Shown here piece by piece: positions 55,044 to 64,000 of a stretch of DNA of 64,000 nucleotides. Source of the DNA: Blastocystis sp. Blastoise (lineage: Eukaryota > Protista > Bigyra: Opalinata). The notes beneath the pieces were generated by a model. That model was not told where the DNA came from, did no database searches, and saw nothing but the letters and a program-made list of their open reading frames with translations. The stretch's first letter is position 1; every line of letters begins with the position of its first letter. The stretch is from the NCBI GenBank assembly GCA_039096225.1, contig JBBPEB010000034.1:558001-622000 (forward strand), in the 5' to 3' direction. The translations under genes were made by a program, and so were the position numbers.

Positions 55044-56540
55044 ATGGTGAAAGAAAAGGTGTTATTTGATGTTGATAAGTTTAATAGATTGAAGGAAGAT
55101 ATCAATGTATATGAAGACTTGATGAAAGATGTAGTTAGTGTTTTCGCAGCTGTGATGAATCTTGGTATACATTCTGGATTGTCGATAAATAGACTTATAA
55201 AACATATTGGAGATGATTGTATTGAAAAGGAAGGCGAAAGAAATGAACTTGAAAAGAAATGTGTTTATGAATGTAAGAATAATGAGGATATGAATGTCAA
55301 TATGGATTTTAATGATGATGATAATATGGATTTGATACGATTTACGAATAATGGTCCTGTATTTCAAATATCGAAATCTGTTTTAGATTCGTTGAAAGGT
55401 TCTTTTATTGAAGAACAACGTGATGAAGAATGTAGAGCAAATGATGGATCTGTATATCTTGATTATCCTGGAAATGATGCTTCTGTTTATTATTTATTAG
55501 ATTATTTGAATGGAAAGAACGTATATTTTGAATCTTTTTCTTATGAAGAACAATTAGAAATATTGAATTTATTTGAATTTTGTGGCTTAGTAATTCCTAT
55601 GGAATTAATAGATTGTAGAGAAAGAAGAGATCGAAAGATGAAGAAATATGAAGAAGGAGACGAAGTTTCTTTAATTATTAATGGAAATAAAAATGATATT
55701 ATTAAAGAATATTTAGTAAAGAATGGATTATGGAATAATTATGTTAAGAATTATGATAATGGATTTATTAATTATAATCATATAGATGATAGTTTATATA
55801 TGAATAAGAAATATGAATATATTGAATATATTACTCAATATATAAATAATGGAACTATAGATATAAAAGAAGATAAGATAATTGCTATTAATAAAGAATT
55901 ATTCGAGAAAGAAATGATTGAATTATTTGGTGAAAAAGGAAGAGAAGAAGCCAAAGAAGCAATGATTGGAAAGCCAACTGTATTTATAAACTCAAAAATA
56001 ATTGAAAAGAGATGTTTTGAAACTCGCTTAATGAATTGGTTAGGTAAAGAAAAGAAATGGAAGTTATTATTTAGAGCAAGTGAACATAATTATTCTGCAA
56101 GAGAATTCCATAGATGTTGTGATAATAAAGGAGAAACCGTAACTATAATCAAACATATAGGTCATAATAATCATATAAATATATTTGGAGGATATACTAA
56201 TCAAAATTGGGATAGTGATAGTTATATGAAACGTTATTCTAAAGAATTTCTATTTACATTAAGTAATGAACATAATATTCTTCCTACTAAATATGAATAT
56301 ATAAATAATGATAAGGACTCTGGTATATATTGTAATTCTTCTTATGGTCCAACATTTGGACAACCAAGTGATATTGAAATACATGATAATTGTCATAATA
56401 ATAATGATTCATATTGTTTAGCACGTGATTGTTCTGAATCCAGTACTCCTCAAAAATCATCCTTATTTGTTAATACTGATGATGCTAATTCTAAAAATAA
56501 TTTTATAGTAGAAGATTATGAAGTATGGGGAAGAAGATGA
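55044..56540 (+). CDS. BTB-like plus TLDc domain protein, intronless, 498 aa
   Basis: C-terminal TLDc: WKLLFRASEH...FHRCCDNKGETVTII...IFGGYT...FLFTL...YGPTFG...VEDYEVW. Central BTB-like segment: GPVFQISKSVL...DGSVYLD...YYLLDYLNG. Confidence 0.9.
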   Translation: MVKEKVLFDVDKFNRLKEDINVYEDLMKDVVSVFAAVMNLGIHSGLSINRLIKHIGDDCIEKEGERNELEKKCVYECKNNEDMNVNMDFNDDDNMDLIRFTNNGPVFQISKSVLDSLKGSFIEEQRDEECRANDGSVYLDYPGNDASVYYLLDYLNGKNVYFESFSYEEQLEILNLFEFCGLVIPMELIDCRERRDRKMKKYEEGDEVSLIINGNKNDIIKEYLVKNGLWNNYVKNYDNGFINYNHIDDSLYMNKKYEYIEYITQYINNGTIDIKEDKIIAINKELFEKEMIELFGEKGREEAKEAMIGKPTVFINSKIIEKRCFETRLMNWLGKEKKWKLLFRASEHNYSAREFHRCCDNKGETVTIIKHIGHNNHINIFGGYTNQNWDSDSYMKRYSKEFLFTLSNEHNILPTKYEYINNDKDSGIYCNSSYGPTFGQPSDIEIHDNCHNNNDSYCLARDCSESSTPQKSSLFVNTDDANSKNNFIVEDYEVWGRR

Positions 56541-57988
56541 TGAGATTTATATATATATATATATATATATATCTAGTTCCTAAACTATTTCAAATTATTT
56601 TCTTTTATACATTATCTTAACATCTTTTCATAGTTATATCTATCACTTATGATAATACAATATATATTATATTATATCTTTATATAATGCTAATTATTTC
56701 GCTATCTATTTAGCATCAGTAATTATGGTTTCGTATTTATGCATCAAAATTTTGTAAAGTTGTTTATTATTTTTATAAAAATGTCTTCAATGCTTAAAAT
56801 CTACTGAAAGAATTATATTCATTTAAAACAAAAAGTTCTTAGAGATAACAATAAATTACATTTTTGAGCATCAAATACATTTAATAATGATCTTAAAAAA
56901 ATTGTTTACATAATTCCCTTATGAATACCCTTTTAAGTAATAAACAGTGTCTAAAAGATGAATCATATTACTCTCCAATGCCTTAAATGAGTGATCAATA
57001 GTAAATAAGTCCTTTTTAATAAAACATAACAGTTGATGAAGAAAATGGCACTACACTTTCCCACTCTCGCAGAATATATTAAGCTTAGGTCTTCATAGAA
57101 ATTAATGCTAACCGGATTTCTAAATACTTATGTGATAAATCAAAAAAAATGACGCCAACAACAAATCGCGATTCTTCATGATAGTTAATGAATCGTTTTG
57201 AAAGATAAATTTCTTGAATGATTTTTCGTCAGTAAGTGAAGAATATTGCATCCTATACATATATATATTATTTTTAAAAATATGGATAAAAAAACAAACT
57301 TCGTTTTATCCCTTTAAAAAGTGTTTTTGGATCAAAAAAATGATATATTTAAAATGATGGATCTTAAATAGATAATATGAGTTTTATACAAAGAATTGTT
57401 ATTTAAGAATACATTAAGAAGCCATGAGTCATCAAAATATTAAAACATGTAATTTCAAATTGTTACAAAAGTTTAACAAAATGTAGATATTAAACAGTTA
57501 ATGGAACGATTTTTGGATTTTATCACTGATCAACTTTTATATCCACATAATATATTAGTATATACATATATATTGATAATTCTTAATTGAGTGATTTAGT
57601 GCCTTAATGATAATAGTCGTCATTCCGATAAAAAAAGTATGATGATACATTTCATTGGTGCGTTTACTAATTATTATATTTATAGAAGAAAACGATAATA
57701 GAAGAGAAGTAACTAATGTGAGTTGTACAAAAATAAATTCTCAAAAGTATATTTGATCCTTGTATTAATTTGCTTTATTCTAATAGTAGAGACGATGAGC
57801 ATAAAAAAGAGGTTCTATCTGTGACTAATAAAGCCATAAAAGTATACTATAATTAGTATATTCTTTTATATATATAGACTCAAATGAAAGAAAAGACTCA
57901 AATGTATATGTATACAATAAAGAAAGTTTATAGTAAATAGATATTTATAATATATTTAAAATATATATATATATATTAATATCATAGA

Positions 57989-59056
57989 TGACCATATTTA
58001 TCCAATTGTGTTTCGTACACGATCAAGATTAAATGATGAAGTATTTTTATTATTATTATTATTATGCTTATTCTTGTCATTAATATACTTATTATTATTA
58101 TTGTTATTATATATTTTATTATTCTTTTATATTATATCAATTGTTTAAATTGTTCTTTTATGATAAATATTATTAATATTATTATATAGGTATTAAGTTT
58201 TTTGAGTGAAATCACAACTTTTTATTTGAAATGGAACCAATATAAACAGAAATATATTCAAGTATATATTTATATATCTAAATTCTTCTTTATTTTCTAA
58301 TATACTTATATATATATGTTCATATTATTATATATATATATAGAATACTCTCTCTGAAAATATATTCTCTATTCCATTATTATTACAATCACCTTCTTCT
58401 TCTTCTTCTCCTTCTCCTTCTTCACACATAATTATTCCTAAAACACCATTACCATCCCCTCCAAGTCTTTCTGAATCCATTGATAGTATTTCTGAACCCA
58501 TTGAAAGCTTTTCTATATCTCCTTCTTCTTCTATTTCTTCTTCTCTTTCTATCCTCGAGAATTCAATTCCTTCTCCATCTATATATATTCCTTCTATATA
58601 TTCTCCACTTTCCATTACAGATACTTTATTCTTATCACCATCTACAGAACCCTATATTGAAGAAGAATCTAATTCTATAAGTTGTATATACATATATATC
58701 AATATTATTAGTTTTATTTTTCTTTATAAATAATATAATTTATTTTTTTACATTTTAAATATGGTTTTGTTTATTAATATGTGAACATTCTTATTATTAT
58801 TAAATAAATATAATTCTTATATATAGTAAGCCCTGTTGAACTGTCTTCTTGTTTATATGTATATAATATAGAAAATAATTATTATTATATATAAAATATA
58901 ATATATATAGTGTGGTGTATACATGGATATAAGTCGAATGAGTGTTTCATCACTTTATCCTAATTTATATATATGTCCAAAATGCTTTGATAAATATATT
59001 AAGGATATACATATATTTGAAACATATATCTCATCATTCTATGATAATACAAATAG

Positions 59057-59127
<71 letters not shown>

Positions 59128-59810
59128 AATTATTATTAATTATTATTAATTATTCTATAGCTGATTATATCCCAGAATCACCTCCAGTATAATACTATTA
59201 TTATTAGAACTATTATTTATACTATTATTATAATCATATGATAATCATGTTTATTAATATATTTAGTCCTATAATGAACTCAATGATGGTAACTCATTAA
59301 TACCGTATATATATATATAAATGATGCAATAGAGAATTACACATTTTTTTAAATATATAAATTTTGCATATATATAGTGAAAACGCTATAGGTGATGATA
59401 TCTATATATCACAACCAAATGAAACTATTAAGAATCAAATTATAGATATTGATATCGATATAGATATGATTCAAGAAAAAAGTAACGATAATTCAGAACA
59501 AATCAGTAATAATCAGAATATTCAAGAAGAAAACTCTTCCATACAAATATCACATAATAATGACTTATCAGGATATGATGGAGATAATGAGAATAATAAT
59601 GTACATATATATATGATCAATTATTTCATTTATTATATAATATAATAGATTCTCCTCCGTACATTTTCATCAAATGGTGTTCAAAGAATGGTTACAAATC
59701 ACTCTATAGAGACAGCTTATATGTATGAAGAAGATATTTCGAATTCTATTTATAAAGATCCTTTTAATGATATAGGTATTAATTTAAATGAATATGATTT
59801 TATGGACTAA
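57989..59810 (+). CDS. Multi-exon hypothetical protein with a Ser/Pro-rich region and Cys-containing segment; 5' end unresolved
   Basis: GT-AG exons encode HIYPIVFRTRSRLNDE, a Ser/Pro-rich exon at 58344-58680, CGVYMD...ICPKCFDKY, and end NEYDFMD*. Upstream 57280-57900 looks coding but contains stops. Confidence 0.5.
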
Positions 59811-60139
59811 TTTATTATTATAAAATAAACAATAATATAAAAATTATTGTATGTATATATATTTATCTGTGTATTTATTGCGCTATTGTTATATTTAATA
59901 TAATCTTTTTATATATTGTTCATATAAATATGAATTCTTTATAATCATAATAGTAAAAGAATTATTGTTTTTGGTTTTTAATTAATTTTTTTATGTATAA
60001 TTATTAACAAAACGACTTATAAAGAATAACTAGAAGATACAAGAAACTACTTTAGCAAACAGTAAATACTATTGAAATACACATATAAAATGAGAGCAAT
60101 ATATTCTTAGGATAGATATAATAATACAGAATATTTAAT

Positions 60140-61286
60140 TTATCGTCTAAATACTCTCCAATATAATATAATTAAAATAAATAGAACAAGAACAACCAAA
60201 GGAGCATATTTACGAAGTAATGTCTAGAAATTATAATATATTATTATATTATATTATATTATATTATATTATTATATATACAACATAATTTAATTTCTTA
60301 GCTCCCCAACTATATTTTTTTGATTCTGCGACTAAGTTTTCACTTATATTTTGAACACCTATTAAAATAATATATATATAATAATAATAATGAATCATAC
60401 AAATAAAAATAATTTGATAAATATATAAATATATATACTATCTAATTTTTCAACTCTGGTCATGACTTCATTAATATTTTTCTTCATAATATTTTGTATA
60501 TCAATAAGATTATCATTTAATTGTGCATATTCATCAACATTTCCATTCTCATATATTGTTCGCTTAGAAAGAATCTCTTTCTCTATTTATTATTATTTAT
60601 AGAAGAAAATATATATTTATATAAAAATATATAGTATATAAATATAAATCTATAATAAATAAACATATATATATATACCAAATCTATAGAAATAATATGC
60701 CATTGCAATTGTAGATAATTGTGTTCTCCATCTATATATATAACATAATATAAATAGAATAATTAACATAATTATTATTTAAAAAAAGATACTCATCTTG
60801 ATATTTGGTTTCTAAGAATTGAATAAACGACTTTTTAATATCTTCTAAATAAGAAAAACACAATTTTTTGGAACAAGTCTTTTCTGTTAATGTTAGATAA
60901 CAAATATTATCTTCAATAATATATCTATATAAAATAAAATATAAAAAAATAATATTTATTATAAAAATAATATATTTCCTATAAATGAACGATAAATAAT
61001 TCTTGAAATACTTACGTATAACAATACTCATCAGCAGTGATCTGAAGCATAGGAGGACTATTTGAAGAAAGAGTTTTGAAAATTGATTTTGACTATAAAA
61101 AAGTCACCAACAAAACATGTATTATATATACTTGAGCTCTGAATGCATCACTATCAATTTCTTTATTGACTTCAGACTTTCTAACAACAGAAGACACCTA
61201 GTAATATATAAATGAGTATTTATATAGAGTTAAAATACATAGATCAGACCATCTGTAGCACGTGCAATAGAAGTTAAGTAAAACAT
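60140..61286 (-). CDS. SEC22: SEC22-like longin R-SNARE, multi-exon
   Basis: LTSIARATDGL, YIIEDNICYLTLTEK...KKLCFSYLEDIK, LNDNLIDIQNIMKKNINEVMTRVEKLD, SKKYSWGAKKLN, C-terminal TM RKYAPLVVLVLFILIILYWR. Confidence 0.92.
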
Positions 61287-61681
61287 TTTAATTAAACACA
61301 AAAACCGATAAGATTAATTGAAAATAAAACATACACAAAAAAATAAAAGTCTAGAATTCGATGAAGATTCTAATTATAGCTGAAAACTCAAAGTTTCCGT
61401 GGGAGTCGCTTCATGATACGAAAACAGAATTCTTTTCATATTCTTGATTATTTTAAATTTTCCTGGAACCATTCACAGAAATCCCAAGAAGGCGAGAAAA
61501 GTGCTTCATATTTATATCTATAGTAGCTATATATAGAAGCACATAAATACAACGTATGTGTTATGAATATTATATACATAGATATGATCATATCAAAAAT
61601 CGATTTGTAACGCTCTTTATCTATAGATTTCTTCATAGAATTCGATGTATTATTGCTAAAGATCATTTTTAAGGACTAATT

Positions 61682-62279
61682 ATGCAACAATATTATTATT
61701 ATAAGCAAAACTTACCCGCATATGAAACTCAATTTAATAAGCTTTTTAAGTTAAATTCCATATATCTTTCATCTCAAAATACTAATGAAAAGGATGAACA
61801 ACTAAACAATAAAAATGTCATTATTAAAAAGGTGGATACTACGGGTAATAGTCCTAAAAAATCAAAAAAACATATTGCTCTTCGTATTTTTTGTGCAGGT
61901 ATCTATTTCTCTACGACAGATATATCAACTTTGTGATTTATATCTTTTTTAAGCTATTTTTTTAATTTTAATAGGTGCTATCTCTGGTTGTATAAGTAGA
62001 ACTTTAACAGCTCCTTTGGATCGTATCAAAGTATTAATGCAAGCAGATATTGGTGGAGCTAATTATACAATTCATCAAGCATCTACAAAGATTTGGAGAG
62101 AAGGAGGTTTCAAAGCATATTTTAAAGGAAATTTTGTCAATTGTCTCAAAGTTACACCTGAAAATGCAATTAAATTATATTTTTATGAATATTTACGAAA
62201 ACTATTTAATATTAACACAGATAAACCAGAAATTGGACAACGATTTCTTACTGGTGCAGGATGTATATATATTGTATTG

Positions 62280-62350
<71 letters not shown>

Positions 62351-62780
62351 GCTGGTTTTCTTGCTCAATTAGCTGTATATCCGTTAGAGATCGCTAAAAC
62401 CCGTTTAACGTTATCTGGTCCTGGTGTATATAAAGGAATGATGGATGTATTTCAAAAGACTATTCAATATGAAGGAGTTCTGTATATATATATATTTATT
62501 ATTATGTTTATTATGTTTATGTAAATTATTATTATTATTATACTTATTATTATTATTATTATATAGAAGTCTATATAAAGGATTATTAGCTAGTTTATTA
62601 GGTATGGTTCCTTATGCTGGTGTCGAATTATGTGTATACTCATTACTTAAAGTATATATATATTATTATTATTGTAATTAATAATTTTATTATCATATAT
62701 ATATATATAGGATTCTTATAATAATTATTCACATAATACTATTCCTCCAGTATGGGCATTACTCTCTATAAGTATATATA

Positions 62781-62822
<42 letters not shown>

Positions 62823-63102
62823 TCTCTATAAGTGGTATATCTTCGATATGTGGTCAAATGGTATCTTATCCGTTACAACTCGTTAGAACCCGTTTACAAG
62901 CACAAGGAATGAGAGGGTTATATTTAGAAGATCATGATATATATACAGGTATTATAGATTGCCTTATTAAAACAGTAAAGAGAAATGGTCTTAAAGGATT
63001 ATATAAAGGAATTGGTGCCAATTGCTTAAAGACTATCCCTGCTATTAGTATTAATTATACAGGTATATATATATATATATTTATTATTATTATTATTAAC
63101 CA

Positions 63103-63137
<35 letters not shown>

Positions 63138-63199
63138 TTCTAGTATATGAAGAATCAAAGAGACTTCTTGGTGTTGGAGATAAAATGCAATCGAATTAA
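61682..63199 (+). CDS. Mitochondrial carrier family (SLC25), ATP-Mg/Pi carrier-like, multi-exon
   Basis: GAISGCISRTLTAPLDRIKVLMQ, GNFVNCLKVTPENAIK, VYPLEIAKTRL, LLGMVPYAGVELCVY, GQMVSYPLQLVRTRLQAQG; no EF-hand region seen. Confidence 0.9.
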
Positions 63200-64000
63200 A
63201 TAGAGTTTATATATATGTATAACAAATATTATATATTTTCTCTACATGTATATATCACCAATAATATTGATATTTATATACTATCTCAATATTGACATCT
63301 CTCCTATATTTTATAATTATATATATATATATATATATTCTTCATTTAATCTTTTCTCATTTTCTTTTCCATTTTTTTTTTCTTTTTTCTCTTCATTTGA
63401 AATTATTTACTTTTATTATTTACATTTTGTTTTCTATTTTTTAGTTTTTTCTATTCATATGAAATAAATTTGTAATTTGTTGATTCTATTATATGTATAT
63501 ATACTATTATGATTTCTTTTGAGAAAGAAATTTTATTATATATATTTATAATTGTATTCACATTCGATATGATTCTTTTTTATCATTTTTTTTTTAATTA
63601 TTTACATTTTATTTCCTTTTTCTATGCTTTTCTCATTACCTCTTTTTTAAACAGTCTCCTTATAACAATATATGTTGTTTTTCAATGCTTTATGTACACT
63701 CATTATTCCTCTACTATACCTTTTTTATAATATTCTTATTTTTAATAAGGCATACAGTAGTATTATTACATTTTCAAACACTCTTCCCAATTCAAAGAAT
63801 TCTCTTTTATTATTTATGAATAATTTTAATCATTATAGAATTATAAATATCACAAGACAGACACTAAACGTATCACAATGAATATATTCGTGAACAGAAG
63901 TTTTATTACATGATAACACATTTTTTAAATTATTTTCATGTTGATAATTTTTGAATTTTATTAATAAAACTATTAAATTCGTCTTCAGGACCTCAAATGA

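Noticed and set aside
61361-61675. Possible small spliced ORF or extra 5' exons between SEC22 and the carrier gene
   Set aside because: Splice-like signals are present, but no consistent open frame into the carrier and no recognisable product could be assembled.

Overview
Extremely AT-rich, intron-dense eukaryotic (protist) DNA. It uses short GT-AG introns full of (TA)n/(TAA)n microsatellites, so most of the ORF track is exon fragments or microsatellite artefacts. The gene content and style are consistent with an AT-rich Blastocystis-like stramenopile; this is inference only. Recognisable genes: a selenoprotein T-like gene (in-frame UGA in CxxU plus a 3' SECIS), a MORN protein, UTP25, SAS-6 head-to-head with MZT1, RPL35, a divergent PIG-T/Gpi16, a ~64-exon BTB-like/LRR-like gene ending in a CaaX box, an acid sphingomyelinase-like phosphoesterase, an intronless BTB-like/TLDc gene, SEC22 and an ATP-Mg/Pi-type mitochondrial carrier. 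The main structural feature is a 16,882-bp CACTA (En/Spm) DNA transposon at 33314-50195, with CACTA TIRs and an AAA target-site duplication, inserted into an exon of an otherwise intact-looking host gene. It carries an intron-containing transposase with a 2.27-kb in-frame minisatellite intron, a divergent second ORF, a micro-exon-like array, a decayed retroelement-like block and a decayed spliced cargo gene. Exon boundaries were read by eye and all homology calls come from remembered motifs, not database searches.
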